This document shows, piece after piece, positions 54,711 through 64,000 of a DNA stretch of 64,000 nt. The translations under genes and the position numbers were made by a program. The stretch lies in assembly GCA_965215185.1 (NCBI GenBank), contig OZ244034.1, positions 2,272,001-2,336,000 of the forward strand. The letters are read 5' to 3'. Source of the DNA: Acidimicrobiia bacterium (GTDB lineage Bacteria > Actinomycetota > Acidimicrobiia > Spongiisociales > ZC4RG35). The notes beneath the pieces were generated by a model. That model saw only the letters and a program-made list of their open reading frames with translations. It was not told the origin of the DNA and ran no database searches. The first letter of the stretch is position 1, and each line of letters starts with the position of its first letter.

Positions 54711-56402
54711 TTAGCCCATCGAGATCAAGAAGTAGTCGTGCAGGTCATCTCGGGCGGGTACGAACCCATGTACCTGATCGGTGTATCCATAGGAGAGCAC
54801 CTGCTCATACAAGGGAATCCAGCACACCAGATCTATGAGTCCGATTCGGCCCAGTTCGTCATAGGTGGCGTTCCGCTCGCCTGCCTCTGTGGCAGCCAAG
54901 CCCTGGTCGGCCAGGGGGTCGATCCGGCCGTCGGGACAGGTCTTGGTAATGGCGTTGCTGGTCATGAACGCCCGCACCAACACATCCTCGTGGGGGTAGA
55001 CCGGAACTGTGGCGAACATGAACATTCCGTCCAGCTCACCGCCGATCACCTGTCCGAAGAAGGTCCCCACATCCAAAGGATTGCGAGTAACGCTGAACCC
55101 GACTGCCTCCAGCATGCCGGAGATAGCCTCGCCCACATCGGAGTCGCTGGGGTAGCGACCGGTGGTGTAGGTGTAGGTGACAGAAATATCTCCGCCCACC
55201 TCGGCCAACAGTGCGCTCGCTCCATCAGGATCGTATTCAATAGCTTCCTCGTCACCGTCCACGCTTTGGAAGAAGGTGTGGAAGAAACTGGTATTCGGCG
55301 AAGCCCCCGTGCCGTCAAAGATGGCGTCCACCAAGAGCTGTCGGTCGATGGCCTTGGCAGCCGCGGTCCTCACCCTGACATCGTCAAAGGGAGGAGCAGT
55401 GGACACCAAGAAGATGGTCATGTTGGACAGAGCCGCCACCGGGTGGACCGTCAGACCATCCTGGCCGGCTACATCATCCTGGAGTTGGGTGGGCACGTTG
55501 ACCACCAGATCGGCCTGCCCAGTCTGGAGCAGAGCCACTCGGGCGGCGTCGTCGCCAGCCCAAGACCACTCGATTTCATCCAATGACGCTTGGCCTCGCC
55601 AGTGGTCGGGATTGCGGGTCGCCACGATCGACGAACCTGCGTTCCATTCGGAAAGCACAAAAGGACCGGTGCCGATCGGCGCCAAACCGTATTCCTCATG
55701 TCCCACATTTGCGTAATACAGAGGCGGGAACACGTAGAGGTTGGCCAGCAGTTCCGGCACCGCATTGGTGGGGATGGTGGTTGTCACCTCAAAAGTGGTG
55801 TCATCCACCACCAGCACATCTGCGAATACTTGGAAAAAGCCCTTCAACACGGATCCATCGGTGTCACGGTGGGTAGTCAGTGAGAAAGCTGCCGCTTCAG
55901 CTCCGGCCGCCTCGCCGTTGGAGAAGGTTACGCCTTCCCTCATAGTGAACCGCCAGGTGAGGTCGTTAACCCTCTCCCAGCCATTGACCAAGCCGTCGGT
56001 TGAGGGAACCGCGTTTTCGTCGGTTACAACCAGTCGTTCGATAATGGAGATGGCCACAACTTGGTCGGACCGCGTACCGGTCATGGGGTTGAGCGTGGAA
56101 GGCTCAGCGCCGATAACCATACGCATGGTGCCACCCATAGGCATTTCCTCCACTTCGGCGGCCGTAGTCGTGGTGACTGCCTCGGTGGTGTCGGTGGTCA
56201 TGTCCTCTTCGGGCTCTTCTGCGGCTGCAGTGGTATCGGGTGTCTCCTCAACCGCTGGCTCGTCTGGGGCCGCGGTGGTGGTAGGCGCCGGGGCGGCGGT
56301 GGTGGTAGGCGCCGGGGCGGCGTCGTCATCTCCTCCGCAGGCTGCGGCGATTAACCCAAATACCAGCAAGAGCGCAAGCAGGGATCGTGTGGATTTTCTC
56401 AT
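54711..56402 (-). CDS. ABC substrate-binding lipoprotein, family 5 (peptide/nickel-like)
   Basis: Lipobox AAACG, TWRFTMREGVTFSNG, PIGTGPF, PFDDVRVRTAAAKAIDRQ and WIPLY. Confidence 0.9.
   Translation of the reverse strand: MRKSTRSLLALLLVFGLIAAACGGDDDAAPAPTTTAAPAPTTTAAPDEPAVEETPDTTAAAEEPEEDMTTDTTEAVTTTTAAEVEEMPMGGTMRMVIGAEPSTLNPMTGTRSDQVVAISIIERLVVTDENAVPSTDGLVNGWERVNDLTWRFTMREGVTFSNGEAAGAEAAAFSLTTHRDTDGSVLKGFFQVFADVLVVDDTTFEVTTTIPTNAVPELLANLYVFPPLYYANVGHEEYGLAPIGTGPFVLSEWNAGSSIVATRNPDHWRGQASLDEIEWSWAGDDAARVALLQTGQADLVVNVPTQLQDDVAGQDGLTVHPVAALSNMTIFLVSTAPPFDDVRVRTAAAKAIDRQLLVDAIFDGTGASPNTSFFHTFFQSVDGDEEAIEYDPDGASALLAEVGGDISVTYTYTTGRYPSDSDVGEAISGMLEAVGFSVTRNPLDVGTFFGQVIGGELDGMFMFATVPVYPHEDVLVRAFMTSNAITKTCPDGRIDPLADQGLAATEAGERNATYDELGRIGLIDLVCWIPLYEQVLSYGYTDQVHGFVPARDDLHDYFLISMG
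56274..56321 (-). repeat. 24-bp tandem duplication encoding the AAPAPTTT linker
   Basis: GGTGGTGGTAGGCGCCGGGGCGGC x2. Confidence 0.88.
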
Positions 56403-56491
56403 TATCTGAACTCCGATCGTCGTGTTTTTTTTACGGACGCCAACGTTGGTCGTAATCCCTCCCCGAATATATCACCATCTACGGCAAGAAC

Positions 56492-56507
56492 ATACCGACC
56501 GGTAGGG
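56492..56507. promoter_or_regulatory. Imperfect palindrome, possible TetR-type operator upstream of the SBP gene
   Basis: ATACCGACCGGTAGGG, centred on ACCGGT, about 90 bp upstream of the SBP start; single copy only. Confidence 0.3.
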
Positions 56508-56534
56508 ATATTTCCAGCCTCCGCTCTCGAGACT

Positions 56535-57392
56535 TTACCCCAGGGTGACGGTGTCCAAATCGTTGGCCACGATCACCTCTCCGGTGTAACCACCGCGGCG
56601 CACATCATCTACAAACCCCTGCCGATCATTCTCGGTGATGGGCTCGGGGATGAGATGGGTCAGCACCAGAGTTGGGATCCCAAGTTCTTGCGCTTGGGAT
56701 CCTATTAAAAATGTGTCGGCGTGATAGTCGAGCACAAAGTGCAGGTAGTCTGGACGAGCCCGGATCAGCTCGAAGCGCATCGCCTCGTAGACCAGAGCAT
56801 CGGCTCCGCCGGCCAGGGTGGCCATCTTCGGACACACCAATGTGTCGCCACTGATGGCCACTGTCCCTGCGGGAGTCTCGATCCGATACCCCACCGCAGG
56901 GAAAACCGGCTCGTGACACACCGGCCCGGCCATCACCCTCACTTCACCCTGGGACCACACCTCGGTCAACGACTCTTCGATCTCAAAGGGTCTTATCTCG
57001 AGCCCGGGACGGGTTCCCCGACAGGTGTGAGCGCTCCGTACCTCCAAATCATGCTCCCAGTGATCAAGCATCCGCTCCAAGAAGTCCCTCGCCGGACCAG
57101 CAGGCGCCAGGATCGGAAGCGGCGGCGCCTCGTCGAGCCGGTCCATGATCCACCGCGACATCACCAGATCCTCCAAACCACTGACATGATCGCTGTGATG
57201 ATGGGTGACAAACACCGCATCCAAGTCAACCGGCGAAACCCCGCAACTCGCCAGGCGCATGGAAGTCGCCCGTCCCGCATCAAACTGCAACGCCACTCCA
57301 TCCGCCCGCACCAGCACTCCGGGTCCCGCCCGATCAGGCGAAGGAGCCGGCATCCCGGTTCCGGTAATCGTTATCAGTGTGGCCACGATCAC
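56535..57392 (-). CDS. MBL-fold metallohydrolase (RNase Z/arylsulfatase-like)
   Basis: TGTGMP.P.PDRAG, FDAG, THHHSDH, AISGDT, YHADT and LTHLIP. Confidence 0.88.
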   Translation of the reverse strand: MIVATLITITGTGMPAPSPDRAGPGVLVRADGVALQFDAGRATSMRLASCGVSPVDLDAVFVTHHHSDHVSGLEDLVMSRWIMDRLDEAPPLPILAPAGPARDFLERMLDHWEHDLEVRSAHTCRGTRPGLEIRPFEIEESLTEVWSQGEVRVMAGPVCHEPVFPAVGYRIETPAGTVAISGDTLVCPKMATLAGGADALVYEAMRFELIRARPDYLHFVLDYHADTFLIGSQAQELGIPTLVLTHLIPEPITENDRQGFVDDVRRGGYTGEVIVANDLDTVTLG

Positions 57393-57553
57393 ACACTACC
57401 CCCCTGACTGTCCGGCTGAAAACCTGCCCCGGGTGGCCCCCCACATCCCTCCTCGGGAGCCCACCCCACTCGGGCTGCGAGGCCCACTCAGCATGATTGT
57501 CACATAGGTCTGCTTGAATTCCAGTGATAGAACTGCGCAGAAATGGAGTGAGG

Positions 57554-58618
57554 ATGCCTGACCACCCAACGGACCAAACGAGGGAGACCAACGGCGGCGT
57601 AGAGGGTCCCGACGCCGCGAATCTGAGCCTGTTCAGCATGGCGCTCTGGGGACCGGACGGGCCACCCGAACGCGTCTTTGGCAGGCATGATTGGGGGTCG
57701 TGCACAGAGGACAACGGACACGATAACGACTGTTTGGGGCATGTCTCATCAATCAGAGAACCCGTAGCGATTCCGCCTCCGAACATGCTCCTCTCCCTAG
57801 ACGAGATGCAGGCCATCGCCTTGGGATATAGGCCCATGGACATGAACGACAAATGGCTCGCGTTCATGGAGAGCGACCGCTTGTTCCTCCATCGGAGTTG
57901 GACCGGTCATGGCGTCTATGAGGTGACGTTCGCGGCCAAGGAGATAGGCTTCGTGATCACCTCAGCAAGAATCGAAGGTGATCCCCGCCGCAAGAAGGGA
58001 AACTTCGACCCGCGTGACTTTGACCCAATCAGCGAGCGCGACAACCTGCGAGACCTGATCGTGCATGTGTCCGGTGAGCCGATGCCCATCTCGTTGCCAA
58101 CGATCGTATCTCGCACCCCCACTCTCCAAGCCGTGTTCGGCGACATCACAGCCGAAGACGTCGACGCTGTCGTCAATGCCGCCAAGACAAGCCTGCTCGG
58201 CGGGGAAGGAGTCAACGGCGCCATTCACCGCGCGGCGGGCCCAGAACTACTCGCTCATTGCAGAACGCTCGACGGTTGTCCCGTCGGGCGCGCCAAGGTA
58301 ACTCCGGGCTACCGGCTGGATGCTCGCTGGGTCATCCACACCGTGGGGCCGCAGTGGCGGGGCGGAACTCACGGCGAACCGGTGTTGCTCGAGTCGTGCT
58401 ACCGCGAGTCCCTCGCACGCGCCGACGAGGTGGGCGCCAGGAGCGTGGCCTTCCCGGCACTCGCGACGGGCGCTCACGGCTATCCACTCAAGGCGGCCGC
58501 AACAACCGCCGTGGACACAGTTCGGTCGACTTCGACCAAGGTGGGCACGATCCGCTTCGTCTGCTTCGACAGGCGAACGCTGAGGACATTCCGGTCCGTA
58601 ATAGACCAAGACAGGTAG
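57554..58618 (+). CDS. Macrodomain (ADP-ribose binding/hydrolase) fused to an N-terminal 'DKW..HRSWTG' domain
   Basis: C-terminal [37 protein letters not shown] and [10 protein letters not shown]; N-terminal [28 protein letters not shown]. Start uncertain. Confidence 0.82.
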   Translation: MPDHPTDQTRETNGGVEGPDAANLSLFSMALWGPDGPPERVFGRHDWGSCTEDNGHDNDCLGHVSSIREPVAIPPPNMLLSLDEMQAIALGYRPMDMNDKWLAFMESDRLFLHRSWTGHGVYEVTFAAKEIGFVITSARIEGDPRRKKGNFDPRDFDPISERDNLRDLIVHVSGEPMPISLPTIVSRTPTLQAVFGDITAEDVDAVVNAAKTSLLGGEGVNGAIHRAAGPELLAHCRTLDGCPVGRAKVTPGYRLDARWVIHTVGPQWRGGTHGEPVLLESCYRESLARADEVGARSVAFPALATGAHGYPLKAAATTAVDTVRSTSTKVGTIRFVCFDRRTLRTFRSVIDQDR

Positions 58619-58786
58619 AGCGCTGACAGCGGGTCTAGAGTCTCGCATCCCTCAGGCCGGGGTGCTGTGCCGACCTCGGCCCTTCCCCGGCCCGGTTTGG
58701 GCCAGCAGCCTTATCGGCTCCGACCAGATCCAGAGCCGCGTGGGTTGGGGAAGCAACCTGGCCAACGCCTCGCACGCCGACGACAC

Positions 58787-58852
58787 CCCGCCCGATCAGC
58801 CGAAGGAACCGGCATCCCCGCTCCTGTAATCGTCACCACTGCCGTCACGATC
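58787..58852 (-). repeat. Diverged direct repeat of the 5' end of the MBL hydrolase gene (57325-57390)
   Basis: 66-bp ungapped alignment with 11 mismatches by hand count; encodes IVTAVVTITGAGMPVPSADRA. Confidence 0.8.
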
Positions 58853-58921
58853 TACGCCCTACCCGTTGGCCAGCTAGGATGAAGTTTCGCGCACAGACAT
58901 TACCTCCAGGAGCGAAAGGCA

Positions 58922-60180
58922 ATGGGCAATACGGGCACGGACGAGGCACGTGGGAGTGTTTACTCAGCGGCCTCGCGGTGGGTAGATCACGCCCTGAGGG
59001 CCGACGATTCACTTTTTACGCCGGGTGAGCCCATCTGGTCGAGCCGGTGGCTCGGGGAACTCCGCAACCGGTACCTGAACCAGCCGGACGAGTCCTCTGA
59101 CGACTTCTACACGAAGCTAAAGCGGCAGTTAGAAGGTAGCCCGCCAGAGGTCTACCAGCTAATGGCCGAGTTACTGTATGTCCACCTTCTCATTGTGCAT
59201 CAAGAATCAATGAAAGGTTCTACGAAAAAGGAGCGGATCAATCGGGTGCTCGGATGGTCAGACAAAGACACGGCGATTCCTCAGGACCTGGTTGACGGTC
59301 TCTCCGTCGGCGTCGCTAACACTGGACCGGCGTTCAACACCCTCCGGCCGTTTCAGATCGGATTCCTTATGGAATTTGCCGAACGATGGAAGGGGCGCAG
59401 GGACGAAGATCGAAAGCATTGCTCGACAATCCCTGGGCCTTCAAGCAGTTCCTGCAGTTTGAGCCCACCAGCCAACTGTTCAAGGATTGGAAGGGCGATG
59501 GGCCCTACCGCGCCCAGTTTCAGGCACTGCTCCATCTCGTCTTTCCTGATACCTTCGAGGCGATACTTTCCATAGCACACAAGGAACAGATCGCCAGCGC
59601 CTTTGCGACAATGGTCACCGAGCTGACCGACGACCGCGACCACCAATTGGCGCAGATACGCATGCGTCTCGAAGCCGAGTATGGAACAGGCTTTAGCTAC
59701 TACCATGACCCGGTTCTTCCAATGTGGAATCCCGTTGAAACCCGAAAGGCTTGGGACAAGTTTATAAAACCCGCTAGCGACTTTATTGGGACAGGGCAAC
59801 TCGACAGCCAGGAGAATGAATACAAAGTAGAGGACGGTCGAAAGCTGGAACAGGCACGCAAGGCGGTGCTGGCTGGGGAAGCTGACTGGCCCGATCTGCT
59901 TAAGAGCGCACTGTCCAGCAATCTCATCACTTGGCGACAGAGATCCAAGCTCCGCGATTGGGTGGATGCATCCCCGGATGACGCCCTGCGTGCATTACAG
60001 ACCATTTGGACAGGGGAACCCTCGTCCGTTTCTTAACGAATTAGAGCCTTCTGCGACCTGCTCCCATCGGAGTTAAGCGGGACAGGAGTCCGTACCAGAA
60101 CTGCATCTTTCTTCAGATTGGGTTCAATGTTTATCGTTATCCGCCGTTCATGATCACTTTGTTCGACAAGGCATACAACC
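58922..60180 (+). pseudogene. McrB-like restriction protein N-terminal region: frameshifted, nonsense-mutated and IS-truncated
   Basis: DDSLFTPGEPIW..PDESSDDFYTKLKRQL..LMAELLYVHLL, then LLHLVFPDTFEAILSIAHKEQI in another frame. Frameshift in the A-run near 59413; in-frame TAA at 60034 followed by RIRAFCDLLP; sequence ends at an IS end. No AAA domain is present, so the family call is from recall. Confidence 0.6.
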
Positions 60181-60911
<731 letters not shown>

Positions 60912-60955
60912 TTATTTGAATTGATGGTGTGACCGACCCCGAAAGGAGGGTCTTC

Positions 60956-61264
60956 ATGCCTTATCGATATTCACCCGAGTTCCGTCGCAGGGTGCTGGAT
61001 CTGCTAGCAGCTGGTGGGTCGGTGGCTTCTTTGTCGAAGGATCTAGGAGTGTCAGACCAGACGATCTATAACTGGCAGCGTCAGGATCTGATTGACCGCG
61101 GTGTCGAACCCGGCTCTACTACGGCGGAGCAGGCGGAACTGCGGGCTGCTCGTCGCCGGATCGCAGAGTTGGAAACCGGGCTGGCTGTGACCAAGCGAGC
61201 CGTTGAGTTGCTCAAAGGCAAGGTGGTGTCCCCAAAAGACGCTTCGAGGCGGTCCAGACGATGA
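60956..61264 (+). CDS. IS3 transposase OrfA (HTH)
   Basis: YSPEFRRRVLDLL..LGVSDQTIYNW..ELRAARRRIAELE. RBS GAAAGGAGG; CCCCAAAAG candidate -1 frameshift site at 61230-61238. Confidence 0.9.
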   Translation: MPYRYSPEFRRRVLDLLAAGGSVASLSKDLGVSDQTIYNWQRQDLIDRGVEPGSTTAEQAELRAARRRIAELETGLAVTKRAVELLKGKVVSPKDASRRSRR

Positions 61265-62130
61265 GAACCGAGGGGCTGTCCACCCAGGTAGCGTGTCGAG
61301 TGTTGGGCGTGTCGGAGTCGGGGTTCTATGGGTGGCGGTCCCGACCGCCGTCGGCGCGTTCTATCCGCCACACCTGGCTCACCGACATCATCTGTCAGAT
61401 CCATCAACACTCACGCGGTATCTATGGAGCGCGACGGGTGCACGCTGAACTGCGGTTGGGTCATGGGATCGCAGTTGGGCACAACGCAGTGGCAATGCTC
61501 ATGAGAAGAGCCGGCCTCGCTGGTCTCAGTGGGAACCGAAGTCCCAGACGGCGGACCCGCCCCGTAGACACCCCGACAGACCTGGTCGACCGAAACTTCG
61601 CCCGTTTTGAGCCGGACCAGCTGTGGGTCACCGACATCACAGAACATCCCACCAGAGAAGGAAAGGTCTACTGTGCTGTGGTGCTGGACGTGTTCAGCCG
61701 CCGGGTCGTGGGCTGGTCGATCGACAACACGGCCACTTCGGGACTGGTCACCTCTGCTTTGGGTATGGCAATCGGGAATCGTCAACCACACCCCGGCACG
61801 GTGATACATTCGGACCAGGGCACCCAATTCACCTCCTGGGCGTTCACCCAACGGGCCCACGAATCCAGACTGGTTCCGTCCATGGGAACCGTTGGGGATT
61901 GTTTCGATAACGCCATGATGGAAGCGTTCTGGGCTCGCATGCAAGTCGAACTGTTAGACCGAAGACGCTGGAGGACCCGGATCGAACTCGCCAACGCTAT
62001 CTTCGAGTACCTCGAAATCTTCCACAACCGCCAGCGGCGCCACACCGCACTGGCCATGCTCACCCCCATCGAATACGAAACAAACCACTACCACAACCGA
62101 ACCGTCACACCACTGATCCAAGTGAGCTGA
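61261..62130 (+). CDS. IS3 transposase OrfB (DDE integrase core)
   Basis: YGARRVHAEL, WVTDITE, HSDQGTQF, DNAMMEAFW and FHNRQRRH. Confidence 0.92.
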   Translation: MRTEGLSTQVACRVLGVSESGFYGWRSRPPSARSIRHTWLTDIICQIHQHSRGIYGARRVHAELRLGHGIAVGHNAVAMLMRRAGLAGLSGNRSPRRRTRPVDTPTDLVDRNFARFEPDQLWVTDITEHPTREGKVYCAVVLDVFSRRVVGWSIDNTATSGLVTSALGMAIGNRQPHPGTVIHSDQGTQFTSWAFTQRAHESRLVPSMGTVGDCFDNAMMEAFWARMQVELLDRRRWRTRIELANAIFEYLEIFHNRQRRHTALAMLTPIEYETNHYHNRTVTPLIQVS

Positions 62131-62154
62131 CTCCACAAAACACTCTGTTGGGCA

Positions 62155-62743
62155 CCGCCGATAGATCCTTTCCCCGTTCGTGGATGAGATAGGCACAGGC
62201 AACGTATACGACGAAGACGGCTCGGGTAGGGCGGCCAACGCTATGCACTTCGGGTACAACTATTCCGGCGATGCCACGGTTCGAGAGCAGCGCGGTTTCG
62301 TGGCATGGCCCCCGGCTGGCTACGTCCCCAGTCAGACTGTCTGGGGACGATGGTCATTCCAACTAATCGCACAAGCCGACTTCACTCGGGCCACAGTGAG
62401 TGTCACAGACGACTACGGGCCCATCCCAGTGAATGTGATTAACCGGGCAGGGGCGTTCGTTTGGGCTGTGCACGGCGACCGGAATTCCCGGGAGTTTCCA
62501 CGGTTCCCTGATCGGGACTACTGCTACAGGGTGACCATCAGCAACGTCACAGTCGCCGGCACAGCCCAGACACCATTCCAGTATGTCACCTGTCTGATCG
62601 ATCCCGGCAATGAAAGCGAGAGCCGAGGTCGTTACCTCTCTCCTCCGGTGTGGTCACCCGACGGCACCCAAATCGCCTACACAAACAACGGCATCTGGAT
62701 CGCGGACACCGACGGCACCGGCCAACAGCAACTCAGCAAATAA
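62155..62743 (+). pseudogene. Fragment of a CAP/SCP-associated surface protein with one PD40/TolB-like repeat, 5'-truncated at the IS
   Basis: EIGTGNV..ANAMH, FVAWPPAGYVP, RWSF..ADFTRATVSV and PVWSPDGTQIAY..IWIADTDGT; no start context. Confidence 0.55.
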
Positions 62744-63049
62744 AGACAGAACCTGCCCCACCCACAATCGGACCGGACGGGCGAGACCTGTCACCAACAC
62801 CGATCCAGACCAACCTCCCCCCACCTCCCCAACACCCAACGAGAAGGACGCGACTGCCCTACTGAGTGAACTGGGCCTCGCCCGGCAGCGGACACCCCTT
62901 CCGCTGTGAGAGCTTGGGTGGTTCCAGCGCCGTCTGGATGCCGGTATGCCCGCGTTGTAGGGGACGGCCTTCTCAGCGGCCGCCAGCTTGTGACCATCGA
63001 GTAGGGAACCCGGCCAGTGGTACCCACCGTACCATTGAGGGTTGTGGTG

Positions 63050-63396
63050 TTAGCCGGCGGCTAGTTCCAGCATCCGTTCGTACATGGCCCGGGCGTCGAG
63101 GCTGGTGTTGTTGTTGACCCAGTCGTGTCCTGGCCGCCCGCGGCCACGTTCGCGTAAGTCTCCGCGGCTGTGCTGATGGCCTGCTCGGGGTGGAACTCAA
63201 CCCCTACCGTGTTGCCCGTAGCGCCCCGTATGTCCTCCGCCCACGGTTCGAGTACCTGGACACGCAGCGGGTGGGCAGCCGGGAACGGATACCCGAAACT
63301 GAGCATCACCGGCTCAGAACCCTCCCCACCAGCACAAGCAGCCGCCACAACACCGGACACCACCAGCACCACCAGAACACGCCACCGGCCGATCAT
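63050..63396 (-). pseudogene. TRAP DctP-like solute-binding lipoprotein remnant (start joined out of frame to end)
   Basis: Lipobox VAAACA, FPAAHPL..LEPWAEDI..VEFHP..TYANVAAGGQD, then in another frame DWV..ARAMYERMLELAAG*. Confidence 0.6.
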
Positions 63397-63511
63397 CAAA
63401 CCCTCGCCCCTGAACAGTCGCTTCACGCTTCCAGACCCTACCCTCCGAAGTGCCATGTCGTTGGAGGACACGCCGATGATTGGCTGCCCGGTGTCGTGGG
63501 TTTGTCGCCGG

Positions 63512-64000
63512 TTACTGGCATTGTGCCGGGGTACTGTCCTTTTGGGACACCGCGAGGACGTATGTGCCCTTGAAGCCGCCTTGGGAGTTGATCTTGACGT
63601 AGTGCGAACCGGTGCCTGCTGCGGTGAACTCCAACCTCGCGTCATTTCCCGGGCCGCTGTCTAAATCGTGGGAATCGTCTATCCGGCCTCCGCCCTTGGA
63701 ATGGAGACGGCCGGCGGTTTCGTAGGCGCCGTGCAGCGCCGTGTCATCAGGGTCGACGTAGATGCCGAGCAGCTCCGGATCCGGCAACGTTGCAGTGCCG
63801 GAGCTGAGCCCGCGTACTTCGAGCACATACGTCTCCCCGGCGATGAGTTCGACGCGTATCCAGTCGATGTCCCACGACGGGTCGATTCTCGCTCGCGTCG
63901 GGTCGCCGAAGCAACTGCCGACTTCCACCGACGCGGAGGTGCTGAAATCGGGAACCGGGTCGTTTGCCTGCGGTGACGTGCTTGCCATCAAGAACATCGA
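63512..64000 (-). CDS. PPC (pre-peptidase C-terminal)-like beta-sandwich domain protein, C-terminal part; starts beyond the window
   Basis: DIDWIRVELIAGETYVLEVRG..TLPDPEL.GIY..DSGPGNDARLEFTA..G.HYV....GTYVLAV. Confidence 0.7.
   Translation of the reverse strand, partial: SMFLMASTSPQANDPVPDFSTSASVEVGSCFGDPTRARIDPSWDIDWIRVELIAGETYVLEVRGLSSGTATLPDPELLGIYVDPDDTALHGAYETAGRLHSKGGGRIDDSHDLDSGPGNDARLEFTAAGTGSHYVKINSQGGFKGTYVLAVSQKDSTPAQCQ

Overview
GC-rich actinobacterial DNA. The 'AACGDD' lipoprotein signal peptides followed by Thr/Ala/Pro linkers, and the CAP, PD40 and PPC surface-protein fragments, suggest Acidimicrobiia, possibly host- or sponge-associated (inference only). The window is almost entirely accessory catabolism. 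(1) 1-13.4 kb: a purine/pyrimidine utilisation locus with ygfK-like, ssnA-like and fused Fe-S/Mo hydroxylase genes and a D-carbamoylase, divergent from a YkoF-like/HTH fusion regulator, a nucleoside ABC transporter with an internally duplicated BMP protein, and a beta-ureidopropionase. (2) 13.4-20.6 kb: a MarR pair (one frameshifted), MscS, a PRTase, paaK and an orphan DegT aminotransferase. (3) 20.6-34 kb: two divergent gene runs rich in amide/C-N hydrolases, with a hidden 61-aa AtzG/GatC-like ORF and an inserted pyrE cassette. (4) 36-42.4 kb: a complete five-gene corrinoid methyl-transfer system, divergent from an atypical M24 hydrolase whose close paralog lies in block 3. (5) 42.9-57.4 kb: an acyl-CoA/flavin-monooxygenase cluster with a duplicated LLM gene. 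(6) 57.5-64 kb: a decaying defence-like and mobile region with a macrodomain fusion, an McrB-like pseudogene, nested IS30/IS3 remnants and one IS3 with intact ORFs. Many pseudogenes are deletion scars that join a gene's start to its end. No rRNA, tRNA or CRISPR array was seen. All functional calls come from motif recognition by eye; no database searches were run.
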